Origin: Bacilli bacterium
GTDB taxonomy: Bacteria > Bacillota_I > Bacilli_A > RF39 > UBA660
Reading direction: 5' to 3'
Assembly (NCBI GenBank): GCA_017528315.1
Contig: JAFXOW010000059.1
Location: forward strand, 91,382 to 155,381
Length of the DNA stretch: 64,000 bases
Part shown: positions 38,061 to 48,570 of the stretch, in pieces
Position numbering within the stretch: position 1 is the stretch's first letter
Layout of the letters: every line of letters starts with the position of its first letter
Made by a program: the position numbers and the translations under genes
Notes under the pieces: generated by a model
What the model saw: only the letters and a program-made list of their open reading frames with translations
Databases searched by the model: none
Told to the model about the DNA's origin: nothing

Positions 38061-39305
38061 TTATTCTTTATTTTCTAAATAATTTATAATAGCTAAAGCA
38101 GCATTTCTACCACTTCTTGCCGCCCAAGATACAGTTGATTTAATACCAGCTACATCTCCTCCAGAAAATACCTTTTCATTGGAAGTTTGACCATTGCCAT
38201 CTATATCAATTTTATTATTTTCAGATAAATTTAAATTTAGTTTTTTAATAATATTAGTGTCTATATGACTTCCAATTGCTTTAATAAAATAATCACAATT
38301 TATAAAGTAATTTGAATTATCAATATTCTGAAGTATTTCTTTTCCATCAACTTTTTCTAATTTGGTTTTAACAACTTCTAATTTTTCAACTTTATCTTTT
38401 CCTATTATATTTAAAACATTGGTTTTAAATATAAATTTTATTTTATCATTTACACAATCTTCATATTCATCTTTAAAAGCACTTAAATGTTTTTTATCTT
38501 TTCGATAAATTATTGTTACGTTAACACCTAATTTTTTCAAAGTTCTAGCAATATCAATAGCTGTATTACCACCACCATAAACAATAACTTTTTTATTAGC
38601 TACATCGAGATTCATATTTTCTTCTAATAATTCATTTGCACTATAAACATTTTTAAGTTCTTCACCTATAATATTTAAATTATTAGATATATTGGATCCA
38701 ATTCCTATAAATATTGCATCATATTGATTTACTACATCCTCTATATTAAAATCTTTTCCTAATTCTTTATTATAACTAATTTCAATACCTAAATTGATAA
38801 TATTATTAATAACTTTATTTACTAATTTTTTAGAAAGTCTAAAATCAGGTATCCCATGTATTAATAATCCTCCTAAATAATCATGCTTTTCATATATAGT
38901 AACTTTAATACCATTTCGTCTTAAGAAAGCAGCACAGGTAAGACTGGCTGGACCGGAACCTATTACTAAAACATGATGATGAGTTTTTTTAGGACTATAT
39001 ATTTTGTAATTGTGCTCTATAGCATATTTTCCAATAAAAGCTTCTAACTTTCCAATATTAACATGATTATCTCCTAATATTTTTTCACACATCTTTTCAC
39101 ATTGAAGACTTTGAGGACAAATTAAACCACATATAGCAGGAAGAATGGTAGTTTTAGATAAGATAAAGAAAGCTTTCTCATAATTTTTTTCTTTTACATA
39201 ATGAATAAACTTAGGAATATCATTTCCTAAAGGACAACCAAATTTACAAGGAGTATTTTTACAATTAATACATATATTTGCTTTATCTAAAATAATATTT
39301 TTCAT
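38061..39305 (-). CDS. GltD-family NAD(P)H-dependent FAD oxidoreductase (glutamate synthase small-subunit-like) with N-terminal Fe-S cluster motifs
   Basis: N-terminal Cys clusters (CINCKNTPCKFGCP, CGLICPQSLQCEKMC), a FAD fold VIGSGPASLTCA, and an NADPH fold VYGGGNTAIDIAR. Confidence 0.8.
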   Translation of the reverse strand: MKNIILDKANICINCKNTPCKFGCPLGNDIPKFIHYVKEKNYEKAFFILSKTTILPAICGLICPQSLQCEKMCEKILGDNHVNIGKLEAFIGKYAIEHNYKIYSPKKTHHHVLVIGSGPASLTCAAFLRRNGIKVTIYEKHDYLGGLLIHGIPDFRLSKKLVNKVINNIINLGIEISYNKELGKDFNIEDVVNQYDAIFIGIGSNISNNLNIIGEELKNVYSANELLEENMNLDVANKKVIVYGGGNTAIDIARTLKKLGVNVTIIYRKDKKHLSAFKDEYEDCVNDKIKFIFKTNVLNIIGKDKVEKLEVVKTKLEKVDGKEILQNIDNSNYFINCDYFIKAIGSHIDTNIIKKLNLNLSENNKIDIDGNGQTSNEKVFSGGDVAGIKSTVSWAARSGRNAALAIINYLENKE

Positions 39306-39409
39306 ATCATCACCTATATTATTAGTTTATCATAAATTGACATAAATTTAATAAAAATATTTATTTAAAGTAATAATTCATGATAAAATTAAAGTAGGAG
39401 ATGTAAAGT

Positions 39410-40897
39410 ATGAATTTATCAAAAACCAAATATACTAATGCTAATCAATGTTTAAAAATGTTATGGCTTGATACTTATATGAATGAAGTTAAAGGTGAAG
39501 TTGATAACGATAGTATTCTTGATAATGGAAATAATGTTCATGAAGTAGCTAGAGATTTATTAGGAAGTCATGTAACAATCGAATTTAATAAAAATTTAGA
39601 AGTAATGATTGATGATACAAAGAAAGCATTAGAAAAAGATAATATTGTTATATGTGAAGCCTCATTTCTTTATAAAAATAATTTTTGTAGTGTTGATATT
39701 TTAGAAAAAAAGGGAAAAGATTTGTATCTTTATGAAGTTAAAGGTTCTACTTCTATGAAAGATGTTTTTTTACATGATATGAGTTTTCAATACTATGTTT
39801 TAACAAGTTTAGGATATAATATTAAAAAATATTATTTGGTTTATTTAAATAATAAGTATTATAGACAGGGAAAGTTAAATTTAAATAAATTATTTACTAA
39901 AGTTGATGTAACAGATAAAATTATAGAATTACAAGATCATGTTATAAGTAAATTGAAAGAAATAAATAATTATATGCAAGAAAAAAAAGTACCAGGTGAT
40001 GATATTGACTTAAAATGCTTTAAACCATATGCTTGTCCATATTGGAAATACTGTACTAGAAATTTACCTAAACCAAATGTTTTTGATATCTATAAATTAA
40101 ATAAACAAAAAATGATTGGTTATTATAAAGAAAATATTATTACTTTTAAAGATTTAGAAAAAGTTAATTTAAATTCTAATCAGATGATGCAAATAGAATA
40201 TGAATTAAATGATAAAGATGATTATATTAATAAAGATAATATTAGAAAGTTTCTAAATACTTTAACCTATCCTTTATATTTTTTGGATTTTGAAACATTT
40301 CAACTTCCTATTCCAAAATATGATAATACTTGTGCTTATCAAAAGATTCCTTTTCAGTATTCTCTTCATTATATAGAAAAGGGTAAGCTTTATCATAAAG
40401 AATTTTTAGGAAGTAAGAAGGATCCAAGAAGAGAACTGGCTGAAAGACTTATATCTGATATTCCAGAGAATGTGTGTGTTCTTGCTTATAATATGGGATT
40501 TGAAAAGGGGGTTATTAAGAATTTAGCTTATCTTTTTCCTGATTTAAAAGAACATTTATTAAATATTTATGATAATATTAAAGATTTAATGATTCCTTTT
40601 CAAAAAAAAGATTATTATAACAAATTGATGAAAGGTTCATATTCTATTAAATATGTTTTACCTGCCTTGTTTCCTAATGAAAAAGAACTTGATTATCATA
40701 ATTTAGAGCTAGTTCATAATGGAAGTGAAGCTATGAGTTATTATGATACATTATTTGATAAGCCAATTAGTGAACAAGAATATATAAGAAAGTGTTTGCT
40801 CGAATATTGTAAACTTGATACTTATGCTATGGTTATGATATATGAAAAATTATTAGAAGTTACAAACAATAAAATAAAAATTAAAAAGATAAAATAA
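39410..40897 (+). CDS. DUF2779-domain protein (predicted PD-(D/E)XK / RNase H-like nuclease)
   Basis: N-terminal LSKTKYTNANQCLKMLWL, a Y-E-V-K nuclease-like motif (LYLYEVKGSTS), and the signature FLDFETFQLPIPKYDNTCAYQKIPFQYSLHY. Confidence 0.65.
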   Translation: MNLSKTKYTNANQCLKMLWLDTYMNEVKGEVDNDSILDNGNNVHEVARDLLGSHVTIEFNKNLEVMIDDTKKALEKDNIVICEASFLYKNNFCSVDILEKKGKDLYLYEVKGSTSMKDVFLHDMSFQYYVLTSLGYNIKKYYLVYLNNKYYRQGKLNLNKLFTKVDVTDKIIELQDHVISKLKEINNYMQEKKVPGDDIDLKCFKPYACPYWKYCTRNLPKPNVFDIYKLNKQKMIGYYKENIITFKDLEKVNLNSNQMMQIEYELNDKDDYINKDNIRKFLNTLTYPLYFLDFETFQLPIPKYDNTCAYQKIPFQYSLHYIEKGKLYHKEFLGSKKDPRRELAERLISDIPENVCVLAYNMGFEKGVIKNLAYLFPDLKEHLLNIYDNIKDLMIPFQKKDYYNKLMKGSYSIKYVLPALFPNEKELDYHNLELVHNGSEAMSYYDTLFDKPISEQEYIRKCLLEYCKLDTYAMVMIYEKLLEVTNNKIKIKKIK

Positions 40898-40925
40898 AAA
40901 CTCGAGCTATATAAGTTCGAGTTTT
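40896..40925. terminator. Bidirectional terminator shared by the DUF2779 gene and the tRNA
   Basis: AAAACTCGA / TCGAGTTTT stem, with an A-run 5' and a T-run 3'. Confidence 0.65.
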
Positions 40926-40934
40926 ATAGACTAT

Positions 40935-41011
40935 TGGTAGCGAAAGGGGGATTCGAACCCTCGACACTGCGGGTATGAACCGCATGCTCTAGCCAACTGA
41001 GCTATCTCGCC
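40935..41011 (-). tRNA. trnM: tRNA-Met (anticodon CAU, elongator-type), CCA encoded
   Basis: The reverse complement reads GGCGAGATAGCTCAGTTGGCTAGAGCATGCGGTTCATACCCGCAGTGTCGAGGGTTCGAATCCCCCTTTCGCTACCA. It shows a cloverleaf with a GCTC/GAGC D-stem, a TGCGG/CCGCA anticodon stem, a TTCATAC loop and a TTCGAAT T-loop. It lacks the three G-C pairs of initiator tRNA. A lysidine-modified Ile2 tRNA cannot be fully excluded. Confidence 0.88.
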
Positions 41012-41117
41012 ATGACTAGTAAATAATACCATATTATTTAAGAGTTGACAAGTATTTTTGAAAAAAAATTATAAATTTAGATAATTTATGATATTATATT
41101 CTTGAGTGTGATTAGAA

Positions 41118-42914
41118 ATGAAACAAGAAAATATTAGAAATTTTTCCATAATTGCTCATATTGATCATGGAAAAAGTACTATAGCTGATCGAATTCTTGA
41201 AGTAACTAATGCTATAAGCAAAAGAGAAGCTAAAGACCAAATCTTAGATAATATGGACATTGAAAGAGAAAGAGGAATTACTATAAAATTAAATACTGTA
41301 AGACTTAGTTATAAATATAAAGATGAAGATTACATGTTAAATTTAATAGATACTCCAGGACATGTTGATTTTTCATATGAAGTATCACGTAGTCTTGCTG
41401 CTTCAGATGGAGCAATATTAATTGTTGATGCAACTCAAGGAATAGAAGCTCAAACAATTGCTAATATGTATTTGGCAATTGATAATAATTTGAAAGTTAT
41501 ACCAGTAATTAATAAAATTGATTTACCAAGTGCTGATATTAATAAGGTTAAACAAGAGTTGTTTGATACTTTTGGCTTTTTGGACTCCGAAATTATTTTA
41601 ACAAGTGCTAAAACAGGAGAGGGAATAAAAGAATTAGTAGAAGCAATAATTGAAAGAATTCCAGCTCCTATAGGTGACGAGAATAAACCACTTAAGTCAC
41701 TAATATTTGATAGTTTATATGATTCATATAGAGGGATTTTAACATTAACAAGGGTTGTTGATGGAAAATTAGCCGTTGGAGATAAAATTAAATTTATGCA
41801 AACTAATTCTTCTTATGATGTAACGGAAATATTTGTTTACAATCCTAATTTTATGAAAATAGATAGTTTAAAAGCTGGTGAAGTTGGATATGTGGTTGCA
41901 TCTATTAAGACAATAAGCGATGTTAAAGTTGGAGATACGATAACTCTTGAAAAAAATCCGTGTTCTGAAGCAATTTCTGGATATAAACCAGCAAGTCAAG
42001 TTGTTTTTACAGGACTATATCCTACGGAAACTAATAAATATAACGATTTAAGGGATGCTTTAGAAAAATTAAAATTAAATGATGCTAGTTTAACGTTTGA
42101 ACCAGAAACCAGTGAAGCTTTGGGATTTGGATTTCGATGTGGATTCTTAGGACTTTTACATATGGATGTTGTAGAAGAAAGATTAGAAAGAGAATTTAAC
42201 TTAGATTTGATTGCCACTTCACCTTCGGTTATTTATCAAGTGTTATTAACAGATGGAACCAACATAGAAATAGATTCACCAGTAAAATTACCCGAAGCAA
42301 CAAAAATTAAAACAATAAGCGAACCATATATTTTAACGAATATTTTTACTCCTAGTGAATATATAGGATCATTAATGGAATTATGTCAAAATAAACGTGG
42401 TATTTATAAATCTATTGAATATATAACACCAGAAAGAGCTATTATTCATTATGAATTACCATTTTCGGAAATAGTCTATGATTTTTTTGATAAATTAAAA
42501 AGTATTTCCAAAGGATATGCTTCATTTGATTATGAACTTATAGGATATAAACCAAGTAATTTAGTTAAAATGGATATTTTAGTAAATGGAGTAGCTGTTG
42601 ATGCTATGTCAACAATCGTGCATAAAGACTTTGCTTATTCTAGAGGAAAAGTTGTCGTTGAAAGTTTAAAAGAAGTAATACCTAGACAAATGTTTGTTGT
42701 TCCTATTCAAGCAGCCATTGGTTCTAAAATAATTGCTCGAAGTGATATTAAAGCTATGCGAAAAGATGTACTTGCTAAATGTTATGGAGGAGATATTTCT
42801 AGAAAAAAGAAACTTTTAGAAAAGCAAAAAGCTGGTAAAAAAAGAATGAAAAAAATAGGTAATGTTGAAATACCTCAAGAAGCCTTTTTAACAGTTTTAA
42901 AGGGAGAAGAATAA
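41118..42914 (+). CDS. lepA: Elongation factor 4
   Basis: [29 protein letters not shown], and the LepA-specific C-terminal domain. Length 598 aa. Confidence 0.95.
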   Translation: MKQENIRNFSIIAHIDHGKSTIADRILEVTNAISKREAKDQILDNMDIERERGITIKLNTVRLSYKYKDEDYMLNLIDTPGHVDFSYEVSRSLAASDGAILIVDATQGIEAQTIANMYLAIDNNLKVIPVINKIDLPSADINKVKQELFDTFGFLDSEIILTSAKTGEGIKELVEAIIERIPAPIGDENKPLKSLIFDSLYDSYRGILTLTRVVDGKLAVGDKIKFMQTNSSYDVTEIFVYNPNFMKIDSLKAGEVGYVVASIKTISDVKVGDTITLEKNPCSEAISGYKPASQVVFTGLYPTETNKYNDLRDALEKLKLNDASLTFEPETSEALGFGFRCGFLGLLHMDVVEERLEREFNLDLIATSPSVIYQVLLTDGTNIEIDSPVKLPEATKIKTISEPYILTNIFTPSEYIGSLMELCQNKRGIYKSIEYITPERAIIHYELPFSEIVYDFFDKLKSISKGYASFDYELIGYKPSNLVKMDILVNGVAVDAMSTIVHKDFAYSRGKVVVESLKEVIPRQMFVVPIQAAIGSKIIARSDIKAMRKDVLAKCYGGDISRKKKLLEKQKAGKKRMKKIGNVEIPQEAFLTVLKGEE

Positions 42915-44017
42915 TGCATTCGGTGTATATTCATATCCCTTTTTGTAATAATATTTGTTCTTATTGTGCTTTTACGAAATTTTATTATAATGAAGAAAGA
43001 GTTAAAAAGTATTTGGATGCTTTAAAAAATGAAATAGAAACAAATTACAAAGGAGAAGTAATTAAAACTTTATATATAGGAGGTGGAACTCCTAGTTGTT
43101 TAAATATTTCAGAATTAAAATATTTATTTGATATTATTAAAATATTTAATTTAGATGAAATATATGAATTTACAATTGAGGTTAATCCAGAAAATATAGA
43201 TAAGGAAAAAATATTACTTTTTAAAAAAAATAAAGTTAATCGAATAAGTATGGGAGTAGAAACAACTAATAATAATTTTTTAAAATATTTAGGAAGAAAA
43301 TATGATTATAATTTAGTAAAAGAAAAAATTAAATTAATTAAATATATTGGTTTTAAAAATATAAATGTTGATTTAATATATGCACTTCCTAATGAAACTT
43401 TTAATGATTTAGAAAAAGATATTAATAAATTATTAGAATTAGATGTTTCTCATATTTCAACTTATTCTTTAATGATAGAACCTCATACTAGATTTTATAT
43501 AGATAAAGAAAAAGAAATAGAAGAAGATATAGACTGGGAAATGTATAAATTAATTTGTAGTAAATTAAAAGAAAATGGATATAAGCATTATGAAGTATCT
43601 AATTTTAGTAAGATAGGATATGAATCATGTCATAATCTAGTATATTGGAATAATGAACATTATTATGGATTTGGATTAGGTGCAAGTGGTTATATTGAAA
43701 ATATTCGTTATACTAATACAACTAGTATGAAACAATATTTAGAACATAATTATAAAGAAGAATTAGAATATTTATCAAATAAAGATATTATTTCTTATGA
43801 ACTTATATTAGGTTTCAGAAAAATAGAAGGAATTAACAAACAAGATTTTTATAATAAGTATAATATAGATATAAAGAGTTTATACAATATAAAAGAATTA
43901 TTAGAAAATGGAAACTTAAAAGAAAATAGTAGTCATATTTTTATTAATTATGATAAAATATATATTGAGAATCAAATACTCATGAATTTTGTAGGAGAAG
44001 AAAATGAAAAAGTATGA
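42914..44017 (+). CDS. hemW: Radical SAM heme chaperone HemW (HemN-like, coproporphyrinogen III oxidase family)
   Basis: HIPFCNNICSYCAF (CxxxCxxC), the HemN_C-like tail, and conserved lepA-hemN/W adjacency. Confidence 0.85.
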   Translation: MHSVYIHIPFCNNICSYCAFTKFYYNEERVKKYLDALKNEIETNYKGEVIKTLYIGGGTPSCLNISELKYLFDIIKIFNLDEIYEFTIEVNPENIDKEKILLFKKNKVNRISMGVETTNNNFLKYLGRKYDYNLVKEKIKLIKYIGFKNINVDLIYALPNETFNDLEKDINKLLELDVSHISTYSLMIEPHTRFYIDKEKEIEEDIDWEMYKLICSKLKENGYKHYEVSNFSKIGYESCHNLVYWNNEHYYGFGLGASGYIENIRYTNTTSMKQYLEHNYKEELEYLSNKDIISYELILGFRKIEGINKQDFYNKYNIDIKSLYNIKELLENGNLKENSSHIFINYDKIYIENQILMNFVGEENEKV

Positions 44018-44585
44018 ATATTTTAAAAAAGAATTAAATTATATAAAAAATGAAAGAATTAAAAATAGTTGTCAAGCGATGATTGAATTACTTCCTGATT
44101 ATTTCTTTCTAATACCAGCATCATCTACTGGTAAGTATCATCCAGAATTTTCTTTAGGAGACTCAGGTCTTGTTCGTCATGTTAAAGCAGCTGTTAAGAT
44201 AGCTAAAGATTTATTAGATAACCCTTGTATTGGAGGAAAGTATACAAGTGATGAGAAAGACTTAATGCTAATGACTTTAATCCTTCATGATGGATTAAAA
44301 AGCGGACTTAATCATAACAAATATACCCAGTTTAATCATCCAACCTTAATAAAAAATTATATAATAGAAAATAAAGATAAATTAGAATTAACTGAAGATG
44401 AAATTAAATTTATTGGCAAAGCAATTGAGGCTCATATGGGGCCATGGAATAAAGATTACAATGGCGAAGAAGTATTACCAGTTCCTAAAACAAAATATGA
44501 AAATTTTGTTCATATGTGTGATTATTTAGCTAGTCGAAAATATTTAAATATTAAATTTAATGATAATGATGATATTATAGAATAG
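44004..44585 (+). CDS. HD-domain phosphohydrolase (193 aa)
   Basis: GKYHPEF...GLVRHV...LILHDGLK...EAHMG...HMCDYLASR; the H...HD...H...D spacing fits the HD superfamily. Confidence 0.6.
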   Translation: MKKYEYFKKELNYIKNERIKNSCQAMIELLPDYFFLIPASSTGKYHPEFSLGDSGLVRHVKAAVKIAKDLLDNPCIGGKYTSDEKDLMLMTLILHDGLKSGLNHNKYTQFNHPTLIKNYIIENKDKLELTEDEIKFIGKAIEAHMGPWNKDYNGEEVLPVPKTKYENFVHMCDYLASRKYLNIKFNDNDDIIE

Positions 44586-44663
44586 GGATTTTGTCCTTTT
44601 TTTCTTGTAAAATTTAAATTTAAATGGTATTATGGTTTAAGAAAATTATAGAAAGGTACGAGT

Positions 44664-45143
44664 ATGAATTTTAATGATATAGCAATTAATATTATTAATA
44701 ATGAAAAGTATAAAAGTTTAGATTTAGATTATCATCATGGATTAACTCGATATAAACATATTATGCATGTAGCACGTGGAACATATATACTTAGCAAATT
44801 ATTAAAACTTGATTATATAAGTGCAACAAGAGGAGCTTTACTTCATGACTTTTTTAATGAAGAAGAATATTTAGATGTAAAGGGACTAAATAAACCAAGA
44901 ATACATCCTTTTCTTGCTTTAAATAATTCTTTAAAAAAATATAATTTAAATCTTAAAGAACAAAATATTATTATAAGTCATATGTATCCAATTGGATTAA
45001 TAAAACCATTGTATTTGGAATCGTGGGTGGTCACAATTGTTGATAAGACAGTTGCAACTTATGAGTATTTAAATTATAAATTTAAAGATAAATTTGCAGT
45101 TTATATTTTATTTATATTAAATTTTCTAAACATGAAAATTTAG
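44664..45143 (+). CDS. HD-domain phosphohydrolase (159 aa)
   Basis: HHGLTRYKHIMHVA...GALLHDFF...SHMYP...IVDK. Confidence 0.55.
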   Translation: MNFNDIAINIINNEKYKSLDLDYHHGLTRYKHIMHVARGTYILSKLLKLDYISATRGALLHDFFNEEEYLDVKGLNKPRIHPFLALNNSLKKYNLNLKEQNIIISHMYPIGLIKPLYLESWVVTIVDKTVATYEYLNYKFKDKFAVYILFILNFLNMKI

Positions 45144-45211
45144 TTTTTTTCTCTATAATCTTGAAAAAAAATAATAAATATGTATAATTATATATAAGGG
45201 TAGGTGTTTAC

Positions 45212-46426
45212 ATGTTTGCTAGTGTTGATCTTGGTAGTCATAGTATAAAGATAATTGTTTGCAGAAAAGTTGATGATAAATATTGTGTTTTAGCATCTAC
45301 TTGTGTAAAATCAATGGGAATTAAACGTGGATTTATTAAAGATAAAGAACAAGCTTTAAATAGTTTAAAAGAAGCTATTAATAATATAGAAAAAGATTTG
45401 GGTATTAAATTACATAAAGTATTACTTAGTTTTCCTTTATATAATTTAAATACAACTATTGAATCTGGAGAAATTGCCGTTTCCAAAGTTGTATCAGGTG
45501 AAGATATTCGAGAAGTTATTAATAAAACAGTTAAAGAAAACATAGATTCTAATTCTGAAATTGTATATTTGGAACCAATTGTCTTTGAAGTAGATGGAGG
45601 TATTCAAGTAGTTGATCCTAAAGGACTTGAGACTAATAATTTAAAAGCTCGACTTGCTGTTTCAACTATTGATAAAAGTATTTTGTATGAATATTTAGAA
45701 CTTTTAAATGAAGCAGAACTTTCAGTAGATGATTTAGTATATGGAATAGTTGGAGATTACATGATAGGTTCTAATCGTGATATTGAGAGAAAATTAGGAG
45801 TTGTTGTCAATATTGGATATTCAAAAACTGAAATAGCTATCATTAATAAAGGAATACTATTAAAAGGAACAATTTTACCAATTGGAAGTCGTAAAATTGA
45901 TAAAGATATTAGTTATGTATATAAGTTAGATAGGGAAACATCTCGCGAATTAAAAGAAAATTTTGCTAATTCAAGTTCTTTATATGCAGATAAAAATGAT
46001 TATTTAGAAGTTACTAATATATCTGGAGAATCTGTAAATATAAATCAATTTGAAATAAGTCAGGTTGTAGAAGCCAGATTAGAAGAATTAATAAAAAGTG
46101 TAAAATTAGAGATAAATAACTTAACAAATAGAGAAATAAGTTATATAATTATAACTGGTGGCATTACCAATATGGCAGGATTTGCCTATCTTTTAGAAAA
46201 TGAATTTGATGAAGAAAAAATAATTTGTAATGTTACACCAATGGGTATAAGAAGTAATATATATTCTACAGGTCTTGGTATAATAGAATGTATAGATAAG
46301 AAAATGAAGTTTAGAGAAATAGATTATAATATGTTTGGTGAAGATGAAATAAAAAAACTAACAGCAAAAGAAAAAGTATGTAGAGATAGTTTAATTAGTA
46401 AACTAGAGGCTTACTTGAAAGATTAA
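45212..46426 (+). CDS. ftsA: Cell division protein FtsA
   Basis: Actin-fold pattern ([39 protein letters not shown]). It lies immediately upstream of ftsZ. Confidence 0.85.
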   Translation: MFASVDLGSHSIKIIVCRKVDDKYCVLASTCVKSMGIKRGFIKDKEQALNSLKEAINNIEKDLGIKLHKVLLSFPLYNLNTTIESGEIAVSKVVSGEDIREVINKTVKENIDSNSEIVYLEPIVFEVDGGIQVVDPKGLETNNLKARLAVSTIDKSILYEYLELLNEAELSVDDLVYGIVGDYMIGSNRDIERKLGVVVNIGYSKTEIAIINKGILLKGTILPIGSRKIDKDISYVYKLDRETSRELKENFANSSSLYADKNDYLEVTNISGESVNINQFEISQVVEARLEELIKSVKLEINNLTNREISYIIITGGITNMAGFAYLLENEFDEEKIICNVTPMGIRSNIYSTGLGIIECIDKKMKFREIDYNMFGEDEIKKLTAKEKVCRDSLISKLEAYLKD

Positions 46427-46437
46427 GGAGGAATTAT

Positions 46438-47517
46438 ATGCTAAATGGGTTAGAAATGGATCAAATGGCTAAGATAAAAGTAATTGGTGTTGGTGGTGGT
46501 GGAGGAAATGCCGTTAACCGGATGATTGAAACAGGAGTTAAAGGCGTTGAGTTTATTGTTGCTAATACTGATTATCAAGTTTTATCAAAGTCGAAAGCTG
46601 ATGTAAAAATACAACTTGGCAAACAATTAACAGATGGGCTTGGAGCTGGTGGAAAACCAGAAATAGGACGTGAGTCAGCTGTTGAATCTAAGAAAGAAAT
46701 AGAAGAAGCGTTAAAGGGTGCTGATATGATTTTCATTACCTGTGGAATGGGTGGTGGAACTGGTACAGGAGCAGCATCGGTTATTGCTGAAATTGCTCAA
46801 GGATTAGGTGCTTTAACGGTTGCTATTGTAACCAAACCATTTACATTTGAAGGCAAACGACGTATGGAAAATGCTATGCAAGGTTTATCAGAACTTAAAA
46901 AGCATGTTGATACTTTAATTGTTATCCCAAATGATAGATTAAGAGAAATTATTGATAAGTCAACACCTTTACTTGAAGCCTTTAAAGAAGTTGATAATGT
47001 TTTAAGACGTGGGGTTCAATCAATTTCTGATTTGATTGCCGTTGTAGGACTTGTTAACTTGGATTTTGCTGATGTTAAAGCAGTTATGGAACATAGTGGT
47101 AATGCTATTATTGGTATAGGTATAGGAATGGGTGAAGATAGAGCTATTGAGGCTGCCAAACAAGCCGTATCAAGTCCTCTTCTTGAAACTTCTATTACGG
47201 GAGCAACGGATGCCATTATTAATATAACAGGTGGAGTTAATTTAACTTTATTTGAAGCTGAGCAAGCAGCCGAAGTTGTTCGTAATGCATCTAACAATGA
47301 TATAAATACAATATTCGGTTCCGTTATTAATGAAAATTTAACTGATGAAGTAATTGTTACCGTTATTGCAACTGGATTTGATAAATCAAAAAAAGAAAAA
47401 ACCATTTATGATCAACAAGCGAATAATAAGGAAATAACTATTATGGATGATGACGACGATGACGATGCTGATTCAGAATACGATTTTCCACCATTTTTAA
47501 GAAATAGAAATTTTTAA
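46438..47517 (+). CDS. ftsZ: Cell division GTPase FtsZ
   Basis: [17 protein letters not shown], tubulin signature [16 protein letters not shown], an acidic linker (D-run) and the C-terminal peptide DFPPFLRNR. Confidence 0.96.
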   Translation: MLNGLEMDQMAKIKVIGVGGGGGNAVNRMIETGVKGVEFIVANTDYQVLSKSKADVKIQLGKQLTDGLGAGGKPEIGRESAVESKKEIEEALKGADMIFITCGMGGGTGTGAASVIAEIAQGLGALTVAIVTKPFTFEGKRRMENAMQGLSELKKHVDTLIVIPNDRLREIIDKSTPLLEAFKEVDNVLRRGVQSISDLIAVVGLVNLDFADVKAVMEHSGNAIIGIGIGMGEDRAIEAAKQAVSSPLLETSITGATDAIINITGGVNLTLFEAEQAAEVVRNASNNDINTIFGSVINENLTDEVIVTVIATGFDKSKKEKTIYDQQANNKEITIMDDDDDDDADSEYDFPPFLRNRNF

Positions 47518-47531
47518 AAAATAATAAAATT

Positions 47532-47558
47532 GAATGTTTTTGATAACATTCTTTTTTT
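47532..47558 (+). terminator. Intrinsic terminator of ftsZ
   Basis: GAATGTT (47532-47538) / AACATTC (47545-47551), followed by TTTTTTT. Confidence 0.7.
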
Positions 47559-47614
47559 ATCTTTTAATTCAGTTTGCTTAATAGTTTATTAATGTGATAT
47601 TTTTTAAATTTATT

Positions 47615-47643
47615 TTGACAAATATTATGTTGTAATATATAAT
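47615..47643 (+). promoter_or_regulatory. SigmaA-type consensus promoter for the orphan gene
   Basis: TTGACA (47615-47620), 17-nt spacer, TATAAT (47638-47643). Confidence 0.6.
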
Positions 47644-47657
47644 ACTAACTTAATGGA

Positions 47658-48539
47658 GTGATAATAATGATTAGTAGTACCGAATTAAATTATGTTTCAT
47701 GTCGTCCCAAAGATATTCCTTTTCCTGGTGAAAAGTATGCCTCAAATGCTTTAAATATGTTAAGAGAAGCATTTAAAATATATGAAGAAAAATATCAGGA
47801 TAAATATTTTACTATAGTATTAAGTAATGGTGAAGAGTTGAAATTTTCTATTAAAACTGGCAACTTATCTCATTTATTAGGAATTGATATTAATTATCTT
47901 TTAACAGATGAAATGGCTGTAACTCGTGATTTTGTATTGGGTTATGGATTATATGATTCTGTTAAAGCATATGATCTTCTTAAAATTATATTGGATAAAA
48001 CAAGTGAAATAATCCAAAATGATAGCAATTATAATAATTATAAAATATTAAATTATTATAAAATATATTTAAAATGTTATGTATTTAAAAATTTAGTTGA
48101 TTTTACATCTTTTAATTTTGGTTGTATAAATTTTGACAAAAATACTTTTTATCAATGTACTGGAAAAGACTATCGACCAAATTCTAATAAAATATTATTT
48201 ATGCCAAGTTATGAAAAATTAGTTCCTTACTTTATGATGGGATTAATATCTTTTGACAGTAAGAAAAATTGTGCTCCTGAAACTTTATTTGCAGCCCGTG
48301 ATCATTATGACTATTTTGTTGGACAAGAATTATTAATTCCAACCGAAATTATTACTCATGATAAAAATAATTTATCTAAAATAACTGCAAGTAGTTCTGA
48401 TAAATTATATTTACTTAAAATGTATCGTTCTATTATTGAGTATTATGATACAAATTCTTATATTAATATTTTTAATGATTATGAAAATATGATTATAAAT
48501 GATAGCTTAAAAGAGAAAAAAATGAGTTCTAAAATTTGA
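47658..48539 (+). CDS. Hypothetical protein (293 aa), orphan; faint resemblance to Barnase/EndoU/RelE-fold PBECR-type nuclease domains
   Basis: Long ORF with SD GGAGTGA and its own consensus promoter. The segment FTIVLSNGEELKFSIKTGNLSHLLGI recalls the strand-HL.G motif of PBECR-like domains, but this is memory only and unverified. Confidence 0.55.
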   Translation: MIIMISSTELNYVSCRPKDIPFPGEKYASNALNMLREAFKIYEEKYQDKYFTIVLSNGEELKFSIKTGNLSHLLGIDINYLLTDEMAVTRDFVLGYGLYDSVKAYDLLKIILDKTSEIIQNDSNYNNYKILNYYKIYLKCYVFKNLVDFTSFNFGCINFDKNTFYQCTGKDYRPNSNKILFMPSYEKLVPYFMMGLISFDSKKNCAPETLFAARDHYDYFVGQELLIPTEIITHDKNNLSKITASSSDKLYLLKMYRSIIEYYDTNSYINIFNDYENMIINDSLKEKKMSSKI

Positions 48540-48564
48540 CCTTTAACATAAAATATGATATAAT
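48536..48564 (+). promoter_or_regulatory. SigmaA-type promoter with extended -10, driving the long leader/ncRNA
   Basis: TTGACC (48536-48541), 17-nt spacer containing TG at 48556-48557, TATAAT (48559-48564). The -35 box overlaps the stop codon of the upstream ORF. Confidence 0.6.
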
Positions 48565-48570
48565 TATTAT

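Noticed and set aside
47016-47405. 129-aa minus-strand ORF inside ftsZ; likewise 23414-23713, 29937-30200, 33157-33408, 36532-36789, 41996-42217, 45238-45543, 50140-50391, 53025-53261 and 60120-60404
   Set aside because: They lie antisense to confidently identified genes (ftsZ, the MBL surface protein, spoIVA, the CmpB-like gene, serS, lepA, ftsA, U32, typA, and the rhomboid/dac region). No independent evidence supports any of them.
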